From Octopus sinensis (lineage: Eukaryota): a DNA stretch of 64,000 bases. A program made the position numbers and the translations under genes. Of this stretch, positions 52,500 to 64,000 are shown piece after piece. The notes under the pieces were generated by a model that was not told the DNA's origin, ran no database searches, and saw nothing but the letters and a program-made list of their open reading frames with translations. The stretch spans positions 109,988,001-110,052,000 of the forward strand of contig NC_042999.1 of the NCBI RefSeq assembly GCF_006345805.1, read 5' to 3'. Each line of letters begins with the position of its first letter. Within the stretch, counting starts at the first letter, position 1.

Positions 52500-53193
52500 G
52501 TTAATGATCGAACATTACAATCGATTTTACATGACTCTTGAGACAGCACGCTAGACGCATAGACAAATTATGAAAGAAGCTAGACGGACAGAAAAATAAT
52601 ACAATAAGATATGCAAACGATCTTGTAAGTTGATTCTTTGTTACGAATTTAGTTTAACTCGTCAAGAGACGGGCAGTGACGGTTAATACGCTGCCGACTG
52701 CGACGAAGCATACAGCGCTTAAGGTATTTTTAAGTGATAAATTAAAGGAAACAAAACAAAAAAAAAAGGTAACCGAAAAAGAGACAATAAACAAATAAAA
52801 TGAATTTTTAAAAATAGATTTGAAATATATTCAAAACAAATGTAAAATATGAAAATTAAAATAAATCAATAGAGGCAAGATAAATAAAGAGCAGCACGTG
52901 AAACCTAAGTTGTTATGAGGAAAAGGGAAATAGTAACTTTCGAACATGAATGGACAAATTCCTGGAATCATAACAAAAGCAAAGACAACATTTTGTAAAT
53001 GCTGTCGGATACTGTACAAACGTGGGTCCTACTTTCGATTTGTATATAATTAAATTATATTAATGACACTTGGACTTTCAAGGTTCCGGTGTTACATTAC
53101 CCAAGAGCGTTTACCTTTTGACAGAATCGGAGATAATATATAGAGGAGCCTGACTCTTCCCAGGTCTAATCACAGCTAATTTTTTCCAGAGAA

Positions 53194-53224
<31 letters not shown>

Positions 53225-53370
53225 TGAATACTGACCCACGAAGGGTGAAAAACAAAGTTGAGTTCAGTGACATCAGAATTCAGATCGCAGAGGGTGAGAA
53301 CGAATACCTCAAGGCATTTTACCGGACCCTCTAACGGTCCTGCATGCACATTCACATTCGCTCACACACG

Positions 53371-53400
<30 letters not shown>
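52500..53400. promoter_or_regulatory. Possible promoter / first-exon region
   Basis: Non-repetitive, CpG-retaining sequence at the right edge of the CpG-poor domain; donor-like sites on both strands. Confidence 0.2.
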
Positions 53401-53420
<20 letters not shown>

Positions 53421-54657
53421 GTGACAGACAAGCAAATCCTGTCCTTATAGGAGATTATTAACAAGATGGCAAGGCACGAAAAGGAGGAAAGGTAGTAGAA
53501 AAAAGGATTTGTATGGTTAAACTATTTATGAATAAAAAGAACATAAAGATAAAATAAAGTATAAGCGCTCTCGTTTTTATTTTTTTTTCTATATTATTTT
53601 TGTTCGTCTCAGTTGACGAGAGGGATTAGATATCAAGTTGGAACTATTTTCACATATATAAAAACAGTCCTTAGGGTGAGCAAAAGGAGACAACCTCTAG
53701 AGGGTTGCTAGACCGGCTAGAAAAAGCAACCAAATCTCCCTCAAGCCATACGCCCTACGTAAAAGGATTCATTGAACAATGCAGTACCGGGGGAAAATAA
53801 ATATAACCGGATGGTATGATCTGTTGGGACGCAGATCTCTATGGATCAGGGCCAACTTTTGGAACTAAACAAGAGTGGTGGGTGAAACATAATTCACACA
53901 ATTAAATCATTAAATAAAATATATTTCTTTATTTGTCAGAGTTTCAAAGTTTACTGATTTCAAAAAGAGAATACAGTAAAATTGTATTTTGTTCAACTTA
54001 TTTTCCCGTATTGGTTTTTAATATCTGCGTGAATGATGGAATGTGTTGAAATCGACTCGCATTTAACTTCACAATTTAAACAATAGATTCTTTTATTTCA
54101 TTATAACTTGCTGGATAGCTTAAACAATTCTCTTCGCAACGACATTATTCTGGGTTCGATCCCGGAGTGCAGAAACTTGGGCACAATACTTAATGAGTGG
54201 AATTTGATAGACAGAAACTCTACAGAAGACAAACACATACGTGTGTGTGTGTGTATTAATAATTAGCAGAAGCAACAGTGACTCAAGGACCGTATTTGTT
54301 TCGGTCATTAGACTACGGTCATGCTGGGGCAACGCCTTGGAGTGTTTAGTCGAAGAAATTGACACCAGTCCTTATTCTTTTTTTAAACCTGGTACTTATT
54401 CTTTCGGTTTCTTTTTGCTGGACTGCTAAGTTACGGGAACGTAATCAAACCAACACCAGATATCAAGCGGTGGTGGAGGACACACAAATACACACACACA
54501 ACGGACTTAATTTTGTTTCCGTCTACTAAATCCACTGCCACGCAGCGAGACTGAACCCGAAATTATGAGATTGGAAAGCAAACTTCTTACCACACAGCCA
54601 AGCTTCTCTCTTACTCTCTCCGTCTCTCTCTGTCTTATTCTCTTATGTGTGTGTGTA

Positions 54658-54752
<95 letters not shown>

Positions 54753-55716
54753 CATACACACACACAGCATGTGTGTGTGCATAATGACTTATAAGCACAC
54801 ATGAAACTCAATGTGTGCGATTGCTCGTTTGTGTTATTGTCTGTTTTACAGATGCCTGAAACAAAATTCGGTCATTGATCGTGTTGTGAGTCTTATGTCT
54901 CGTTAACTAGCAGATCGACAAATAAGATAAAAATAAAGTTAGTAAATGACTGAAGTATTGGGATCGATACGATTGACTAAAACTGATAGCGTGCCCCAGA
55001 GTGGCCGCTGTCCATTCAAATTATGAGAAACTTTTGTTACCGTGTGTACGTCTGAGGTTTCAAAAATAATTGGCATTGATTTTTTAAAAATTTTCCAATA
55101 TCCAAGGACAAACAAAAGAACGGCAGTGTTAATTTGAAGTATATTATTCATTTCATGAAAGCCCGAAGAGGTTAAAAGAACATCGGCGTAATTTGAACTG
55201 AATGTAAAAAAACCTTCACAGGCATCGTACGTACACTTCTTACAGAATAATTTCTTACCGTATAAACATTTGTTATGCATATGTTGTTTAACTTGAGGTT
55301 AGCCTTCAGCGACCAAACTATGGTAAAAAAAAAAAAAAGCCTTCAGTTGTGACCACCCTAACCTTCTTCATGGGAATATATCCAATATTTGTATGTATAA
55401 GACTGTATGGTGTGATAGTGGCTGTTTTTGGCTGCTATTTCTAGCAGGTTTCGCAACCATGTGAGACACACACACACACTCTCTCTCACTCCTTTGGTTT
55501 TTGTGTGACCATGGACACTTTTTCTACCATTTCTACCATTATTTTTATATACGTCCTATAATCCTGGTCATATCCCATATTTATTTTTTTATGTCTGTGA
55601 TGCAAAGAAGAAAAAAAAAAAAAAGAAGCTTAGCAGGAACTCTTCTCGCCGTGCCAAGTCTGCGGTTCGGTTCCACTTCCTAGTTATAAGCCATTCCACT
55701 TCAGTGGCTTCGCTCA

Positions 55717-55744
<28 letters not shown>

Positions 55745-55750
<6 letters not shown>

Positions 55751-56495
55751 TCCTTCTAACTTTTGGTACAAGGCCAGCAATTTTTAAGGGAGGGTTTGGA
55801 CGATTACCTCGATCCCAGTAACCGATTGGTACTTGTTTTATCGACCCCGAAACGATGAAAGGGAAAGTCGACCTCGGCGACATTTGAACTCAAAATGTAA
55901 AGACGGACAAAATACCACTGAGCATTTTGACCGGTGTGCTTACGATTCTGCTAGTTCACCGCCTCCTATACCAATAATAATTAATAGTAACAAGGTGGTG
56001 AGTTGGCAGAAACGTTAGCACGCCGGGCGGAATGTTTAGCGGGTATTTCATCTGTCTTTACGTTCTGGGTTCAAATTCCGCCGAGGTCGACTTAGCCTTT
56101 CATCCTTTCGGTCTCGATAAATTAAGTACCAGTTGCGTACTGGGGTCGATCTAATCGACTGCCCCCCCCCCTCTCCCCAAATTTCGGACCTTGTGCCTAG
56201 AGTAGAAAATAATAATAATAATAATAATAATAATAATTTTAATAATAATAATAGCGATTCCTTTATTAATAATGACAATAATAATCCCTTCTGTTGTAGG
56301 CACAAGGGCTGAAATTCAGGGGAGAGGACAAGTCGATTTTATTGACCACTATGCTCAACTGGTACTTAATTTATCGACTCCGAAAGGATGAAAGTAAGCT
56401 GACTTCGGCGGAATTTGAACTCTGAAGGTAAAGCTGGAAAAAATGCTGCTAAACATTTTGTTCGGCGTGTTATCGATTCTGCCAATTACCGCCTT
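55745..56495. mobile_element. Three SINE type B copies in alternating orientation (-,+,-) within (AAT)n
   Basis: Units at about 55745-55965, 55990-56215 and 56280-56495. Confidence 0.85.
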
Positions 56496-56518
56496 CCATG
56501 CCAATAATAATGATGATG

Positions 56519-56550
<32 letters not shown>

Positions 56551-57425
56551 GAAGAAGAAGAAACATTTCAAACAGGCGTTAAGGCGCATGGTCTAGTGAT
56601 TAGGGCGAAGGCACCATGAGCATAAGATAGCTAGTTCGATTCCTGGTCCTGGTGATGAGTTTTGCTCAATCTATTCAGCCACCCGACTCCTAGCCCGCTC
56701 TCCCACCGGTTGTTCCTCTAAATGAAGACTGAGACAGCCGAGTGTCCGTCTGCTTGCGAACTGGACCCAAAACAGCGATAGCATGTTATTTGTCACCAAG
56801 TCACACTCGCTTGTGAGTGACGGCTAAGCTCCAGCATAGGCACAAAACACCATGAATATTTAAGAAAGAAACAGTTATTTATACTGTTACCATTAGCTGA
56901 CGGAAACTTTTATGACAGTCACAAACAACCACGGTGGCATTGGAACTGTGATCGTAAAGGGATTGAGGTTGTAATTTCTGCCCAGGTTAGGTGCACAAAA
57001 CTACAAATTTTGGCGAGAGGAAACAGTCCATTATATTAACTCTAGTTAGAATTTCACAAAAACTTTATCAACACCCAGAGGATGAAAGTGAAGTCGAAAA
57101 GAAACGTAACAAAAAATGCTGTAGGGTCATTTTAACAGCCTAGAACGGAACGGGGTTCTCGACCAACTTGACCGGGTAGGTTGAGTGGAAAAAAAAATGT
57201 AAGGAAGGAAAAACAAATACAGACATGTATAGAGGGATGATAATTTCTTAGATAGCAGGCATGGCTCTGTGGTAAGAAGTTAGCTTCCAATCGGCATGGT
57301 CCCAGGTTCAGTCCCACTGCGTGGCACCTTGACCAAGTGCCTTCTATAGCCTCAGCCGACCAAAGCCCCTTGTGAGTGGATTTTGGTAAATAGAAACTGA
57401 AAGAAGCCTGTCATATATATATATG

Positions 57426-57636
57426 TGACCTCGTGTGTCCCGTTGGCGATTTTTTTCCCTCTGTCTTCCCTTCTCTGGATCTTTCCTTCTCCTATGTTTC
57501 CGACGAAGAGCTCCGCTCGAAACGTTAAACCCTCATTCTTTCTTTCTTTCCTGCCCGTCCAATAATACTATATTTGTTCCACGTCTCGCGTTGTTGTGTT
57601 TTTTTTTTTGTGCTTTCTTGTTTGGATTAACTTTAT
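57426..57636 (+). mobile_element. Putative Penelope-like terminal-repeat fragment
   Basis: (TA)n-flanked module containing a hammerhead-like motif; no RT or GIY-YIG ORF in the window, so the family assignment is inferred. Confidence 0.55.
57496..57530 (+). ncRNA. Minimal type I hammerhead-like motif with variant core
   Basis: Stem I GTTT/AAAC; core CCGACGA; extra A; stem II GAGC-TCC-GCTC; GAAA; palindromic AACGTT; cleavage triplet GTT. Confidence 0.55.
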
Positions 57637-57652
57637 ATATATTATATATATA

Positions 57653-57684
<32 letters not shown>

Positions 57685-57964
57685 GTGTGGGTGTGTGTGT
57701 ATTTAAGTTAGTCCTTATCACAACTGCTTGACAATCGGGGTTGGTGTGTTTACGTCCCCGTAACTTAGCAGTTCGGCAATAGAGACCCATAGAATAAGTA
57801 TCGGATGTAAAAAAATACTACAGAGGTCGAATCATTGGACTGGGTCGCAGTCCGATGACAAAACAAATAAGAGATAAAAGACAGACAGATCATAAACGAG
57901 GGAGAGGGGACATCAGATAATTACATAGATCCAAGTATTTCACACACACACAAAACACACACAC

Positions 57965-58012
<48 letters not shown>

Positions 58013-58384
58013 ACTTTAGTAGTGCGAATCCTGGCGAGATTTGAACTAAGAATGTACAGATTTCATTAGATGTTTCATGTGAAGACATACTGAAACATCT
58101 CGCGGTGTTCTGGGAAAACCAATCTGTCAATTAAAAAGAAAACTTAAAACACACTGGTTTCGACATTTTTTTTTTTTTTTCATTTTTAAGGGGTTTTTTT
58201 TTTTCTTTGAGAGATTATGAATAATATATTTCATTCAAGAAATAATAATTTTAAAACAGGTGAACAACAAGCAGTGCAAAAGATGTACACACACACACGT
58301 AGTTAAAAAGTTTAAAGTTTATTTAGCAATCATTTGAACAAGAGTTCTATCCTACTGAGTGGCATGTATATATCTATAAGTATA

Positions 58385-58422
<38 letters not shown>

Positions 58423-58423
<1 letters not shown>

Positions 58424-58576
58424 TCTAGCAAAAACTGTCTGATGAACGGCAACGAGAAACTCAGAGTAACAGATTTTGTTGAATTTTCTGCTGCTTAAAA
58501 TAAAGCATATTACTCTACCACTGGTATTTGAGTACTCTTTTTTCCACCTTGTTTCACATTTATGTGTTTACTCCGG
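58423..58576 (+). mobile_element. Putative Penelope-like terminal-repeat fragment
   Basis: (TA)n on both sides; hammerhead motif followed by AATAAA near 58499-58504. Confidence 0.6.
58431..58477 (+). ncRNA. Minimal type I hammerhead ribozyme motif
   Basis: Stem I CTGT/ACAG (extendable AAAA/TTTT); perfect core CTGATGA; short stem II CG-GCAA-CG; GAAA; stem III ACTC-A-GAGT; cleavage triplet GTA (predicted cut after 58468). Confidence 0.75.
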
Positions 58577-58895
58577 TATATATATATATATACATATACA
58601 CACACTTATATACACACACACACGTGTATATATATATATATATATATATACATATATATCGATATAACAGTCACACGCATGTATGCATACATATATATAC
58701 ACACACACAGTGCTATGGATACAAACTTCACGCCTGGACACGCAAACGTGCACAGAAAACGAAACAAATATATAAGAATACACATGGAGTTCCATGCATT
58801 AACACAGATGTCCAATTCCAAAGAAGACAAAAGTAAACGAACCTAACCAATTCCCAATACATTAAACAAAGTAATTACGCAGCTCAATCCCATCA

Positions 58896-58934
<39 letters not shown>

Positions 58935-58997
58935 GTATGTATATATATATATATATGTATGTATATATATATATGTATGTATATATATATATGTATG

Positions 58998-59030
<33 letters not shown>

Positions 59031-59136
59031 GTATATATATATGTATATATGTATGTATAAATGTATGTATATATATAATGTATGTATATTATATATATAT
59101 ATATATATATAATGTGGTGTGTGTGTGTGTGTGTTG

Positions 59137-59172
<36 letters not shown>

Positions 59173-59175
59173 GTA

Positions 59176-59425
59176 TGTGGAGGCGCAATGGCCCAGTGGT
59201 TAGGGCAGCGGACTCGCATTTCGATTCTCAGGCCAGGCGTTGTGAGTGTTTATTGAGCGGCAGGGGATGGTGATCCCTGCTGTACTCTTTCACCGCAACT
59301 TTCTCCCGCTCTTTCTTCTGCTCGCTTAGCCAGTGGGGTGGCGTCATTCGAAGGCTGAAACAATGCGAACGCATTGTGACCAGCGATGTGTAACAACATC
59401 CGATGGTCTGGTCGGTCACGTGATA
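59176..59425 (+). mobile_element. SINE type F (shared D/E/F head)
   Basis: Head 'ggaggcgcaatggcccagtggttagggcagcggactcg'; tail 'gaaggctgaaacaatgcgaacgcattgtgaccagcgatg...ggtctggtcggtcacgtgata'. Confidence 0.85.
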
Positions 59426-59842
59426 TGTATGTATACATATATATACATATATACATACATACACACACACATATATATATGTAAACAAAACACAAACACG
59501 TATGTATGTGTGCATGTATGTGTATCTGTCTAGCATTGTGAAAATCAACTTGATTGGAACTTCAGCAATAGATAGAGAATACCTTTCAATAAGTCGCCTA
59601 ACTCTGTAAATGTGGAGTTGTTATTCTTTAAAATAAACTTACATTAACGAGTGTGTGCCTGTCTATGTCTACGTGCGTGTGAGTGTGTGTGTGTGTATAC
59701 ACACCCCTACACTCAAATGTAGAAATAATAGGCATATAATTAAGATAGGGATGCGTAAACGCACATGCAAATGAAGCTTGAAAGGCATTTTTAGCCTGGC
59801 AAATTGTTTACGTGTGCATGTGCATATATGCAATATTATTTA

Positions 59843-59884
<42 letters not shown>

Positions 59885-61099
59885 ATATATATATGAATAT
59901 ATATATAATAATACAAATATGCATGTGTTATATATATAATGAATAATACACGCATGCACACGCATTATATATATATATATATATACATACATATATATAT
60001 ACATTATATCTACATTTATATCTACATATATGCATGGCACACACAATGGGATGTGTGTGTGTGTGCGTGCGCACATGCGCTCACACACACACACACACAC
60101 ACACATATGTATATATATATATATATATATAATCTTTTACTCTTTTACTTGTTTCAGCCATGTGCCCGCGGTCAAGCTGGAGCACCACCGCGGTCCTTCT
60201 GATTTCCTCAGTTTGGAGTGTTTCACATCACCACTCCAGTGCGTGCCCTTGCTCCAGCTCTTAGCTTATTTGGTGCATATATATTATTTAATATACATAC
60301 ATATATGTATTATTTATTTTATATAAGTATTTTACAGAAAATATTCAATATATATTTATATACATAACATAGTATATACCTAATATCTATAAGTATATTA
60401 TAAAGATAGGTATATGCATTATATACACCTTCCTTCTAAATATAAAACCATGCATATATATATATCATGCATATATATACATATATAAATGTATATGTAT
60501 ATATCTAAATATACTATATATAAATATTTATGTATATAGTATATAAATGTCTGTCAGATATATAATATATATTTAATATATATTGTAAATATTGTGGTAT
60601 GTATATAAAACTAGATATATGTATTTATGTATATATATATGTATGATATATATAGATATATGTATATATATATAATCTATGTATGTATATATAATATATA
60701 TATTTATAATATATATATATATATTATGTATGTCTATATATATATTATATGTATGTAATATATATATATATGTATGTAATGTATTTATTATATATATATG
60801 TTAATATATTAGGTGTAGATATATATACACACGACGAACAGATATATTCACGTACATATGATATATAGATAGACACATACATACACAACGCACATAGATA
60901 TGAATGTATGTTTATATTCATGTACATATACGTGTATGTATATGTATATACCGTTATATATATACATATATACAATATGCATATTTTACATATGCATATA
61001 CATATATGCACATGTATGCATACATACATATATATACAAACGTATGCATACAAATAGATCCAAATATACATAATTACATTACGATATATATGTGTATGG

Positions 61100-61140
<41 letters not shown>

Positions 61141-61429
61141 GGAAACTGATACCCTTGACACAAGCTTTACATGCTGATAGTGCTAAATGATCAACAGGTC
61201 TTTACACCTATGTGAATTAAAATAAAATGTTAGAAACGGCCGGTAGTAGCCAGTGCACCACGCTCAGTCTAGAGTATTGTCAATGTATGAACCCTGTACG
61301 TATGTCATTCATATAATTATTTCTGTTAGTCTCACTCTCAAGTGATGGGACGAAATACATAAAAAAAAAAGTCAGGGGCATTTAGACCGTTGCACTCATA
61401 CATCCACTTACACACTGAATGACGCATCT

Positions 61430-61430
61430 G

Positions 61431-61523
<93 letters not shown>
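61430..61523. repeat. (TATC)n microsatellite
   Basis: Direct reading. Confidence 0.95.
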
Positions 61524-61525
<2 letters not shown>

Positions 61526-62183
61526 AGTCTGCCTGTCTAGAGCGTTGGTGTACGTGTGTGTAACGCATGTGCACGCTTGTATGTGTGAGCACATTTTGGA
61601 AACTGGTTGTTTCGTGTTCAAACACACGGTGCGGCACTTTGAATGACAGACTTTTACAACAGCATCGAGAGTTGACTTCAATGCCTTAAGTGAAATTTTG
61701 GCAGACGATAACTGTTCATAACAGCATCGTGCACACACACAGAGACGGCGCATAAGTGAGTTTGTGTGGTGTCCTTTTACTTCGCTGTAACCTTAACTGC
61801 AAAACGAGTGTCGCTTCACACGCTGTTTCTTTAGATCATGTAATCAAGGACTGGAATCGATATTACGATTCAACTGAAGCTTCGAAAGCAATGGGATCAT
61901 CATCGTCACATTCATTCGCGCATAAGGAAACGCTCAGGGTGATTCAGAAACACCTTACTATTTAAATAATTAAAATTTTTCTTTGCTTCTCAACCGCATG
62001 TTTCTGGGATTTGAGTGGATTTGGTAGACAGAAACTGCAAGAGACCCGGCGTATATATTATTAAATAAATTATATATATATATATATAGTATATTATATA
62101 TAATAATTTATTGTGCTGGGGGAGTCATTCTCTTTTAGTGTCTTATTTACTTACACACTCACCGGTTCGATTTCCACCAATAC

Positions 62184-62257
<74 letters not shown>

Positions 62258-62556
62258 GGTGCGTGTGCCTTGTGTATTTGTTTGTCCTCCACCACCACTT
62301 TGATAACGATAAAATAATATAAATATAATAATAATAATAATAATAATAAAGTACTGGGGTCGATTTCTTCTTCAATAAATCTATCAACGCGGTGCCCCAG
62401 CATGCCGCGCAGTCCAGTCTAGAACAAGTGAAAGATAACACACACATATATAAATTTATATATATAATATTATATATATATAGATATATATAATATTATA
62501 TAATATATATATTATATATATATATATAGTATATATAGATATATATATATATGGAT

Positions 62557-62960
62557 GCAGGAGTGGCTGTGTGGTAAGTAGCTTGCTTACGAACCACATG
62601 GTTCCGGGTTCAGTCCCATTGCGTGGCACTTGGGCAAGTGTCTTCTGCTATAGCCTCGGGCCGACCAACGCCTTGTGAGTGGATTTGGTTGACGGAAACT
62701 GAAAAGAAGCCCGCGTATATATGTGTATATCTATATGCATGTGTGTGTGTTTTGTGGGTCTTGTTTTGTCCCCCTAGCATTGCTTGACACCGATGCTGGT
62801 GTGTTTACGTCCCCGTCACTTAGCGCGGTTCGGCAAAAGAGGCCGATAGAATAAGTATTGGGCTTACAAAGAATAAGAATAAGTCCCGGGGTCGATTTGC
62901 TCGACTAAAGGCGGTGCTCCAGCATGGCCGCAGTCAAATGACTGAAACAAGTAAAAGAGA
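62557..62960 (+). mobile_element. SINE type A, full-length, young
   Basis: A/B-box head, CORE-like block, internal microsatellite, tail 'ggcggtgctccagcatggccgcagtcaaatgactgaaacaagtaaaaga'; CpGs intact. Confidence 0.9.
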
Positions 62961-63019
62961 TATGTTTATATACATATATGTGTGTGTGTGTGTATACATA
63001 TGTATATATGTATGTATGT

Positions 63020-63310
63020 AACAAAGTGTTGTCAAGAGGTGAGAAGACCCGTTCAATTGTCCGAGCATAGACAGTTCAACTGTCCGCGACGTGGTCCGGA
63101 CGGCTGGTCGCATGAATAGGAAAGGAAGTAGAGCAGTTGTGATGGAATCACTGAGCCGTGATAATTAATAGAGTGGTAAAGGGTTAATGAATGCAGTGAA
63201 AGGGTACGTAAAGAGCTGTGAGGGTGTAAAGGAGGGACAGCGATAAAGGAGACAAGACATACATAAAGAGCCTATGGGAACTCTGTTGTCATCGGATTTG
63301 TATTAAGGCT
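63020..63310 (-). mobile_element. Possible CR1/L2-group LINE 3' fragment
   Basis: Pyrimidine-rich minus strand with weak similarity to the 27300-27490 region. Confidence 0.3.
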
Positions 63311-64000
63311 TTGGTAACTTTAACACGTATAATTATTTGTACGTATACAGAGAGTATAAGGTTTTTATACATAAATACATACGTATTTATATATGTATGG
63401 ATGTATATATATATATATATACATATACGTACAATATGTGTATATATATATATATATATCGTACAATATGTATATGTTCATATATATATATATACATATA
63501 CGTACAATATGTATATATATATGTACATATATGTGTGTATATATATGCACATATATATGTGTATATATGTATATATATATGTGTGTGTGTATATGTATAT
63601 ATATGCATATATGTATATATATGTGTGTGATACATATATATGTGTGTATACCTATCTATATGTAATTATATTCGTATAATATCTATGTATATCTATATAT
63701 ATAGAGCATGTATATACACACATATAGGTGTATATGTCTATATATAATATATGTATATGTATATTCGCGTTATATGCATGTATTGATATCTATGTTATAT
63801 AGATATAGTGTCTGTATATCTATACATACATACATGTATATATATATAGTGTAAAGATGTGTTAGATATATTGTGTATATAGTACAACATCATATACTAT
63901 ATAACTATATATATATAATATATCTACATCCTACATATATATATATATATATATCTACATACATACATATATATATAGATTATAATAATATATATATATA

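Larger units (their letters stand above)
57255..57880 (+). mobile_element. SINE type A split by a Penelope-like module
   Basis: Head at 57255-57425; second half resumes at about 57700. Confidence 0.8.

Overview
AT-rich, microsatellite-saturated eukaryotic DNA. The SINE repertoire looks like an octopus (coleoid cephalopod); this is recognition from memory, not a database result. No intact protein-coding gene could be identified, and nearly all ORFs in the supplied track are translations of (TA)n, (CA)n, (TATG)n, (AAT)n or (GATA)n repeats. The window is a mosaic of at least six tRNA-head SINE types (my labels A-F), fossil LINE fragments (Tx1/L1, CR1/L2-group, RTE), a 1.8-kb frameshifted Helitron Rep/helicase relic that the ORF track misses, several MITEs, and two (TA)n-flanked modules that fold as minimal type I hammerhead ribozymes. 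Best leads: (1) a hammerhead motif with a perfect core at 58431-58477 and a variant one at 57496-57530; (2) a SINE variant whose 3' tail matches the 3' UTR of a Tx1/L1-clade LINE present in the same window, with a perfect 17-bp TSD; (3) two Tx1 copies embedded in (GATA)n tracts; (4) a triple-nested insertion that includes a TTAGGG-bearing MITE; (5) inverted SINE arrays able to form long dsRNA; (6) a CpG-decay mosaic suggesting two methylated gene bodies, for which only low-confidence candidate exons could be proposed. All alignments and folds were done by eye, and repeat boundaries are approximate unless a TSD fixes them.
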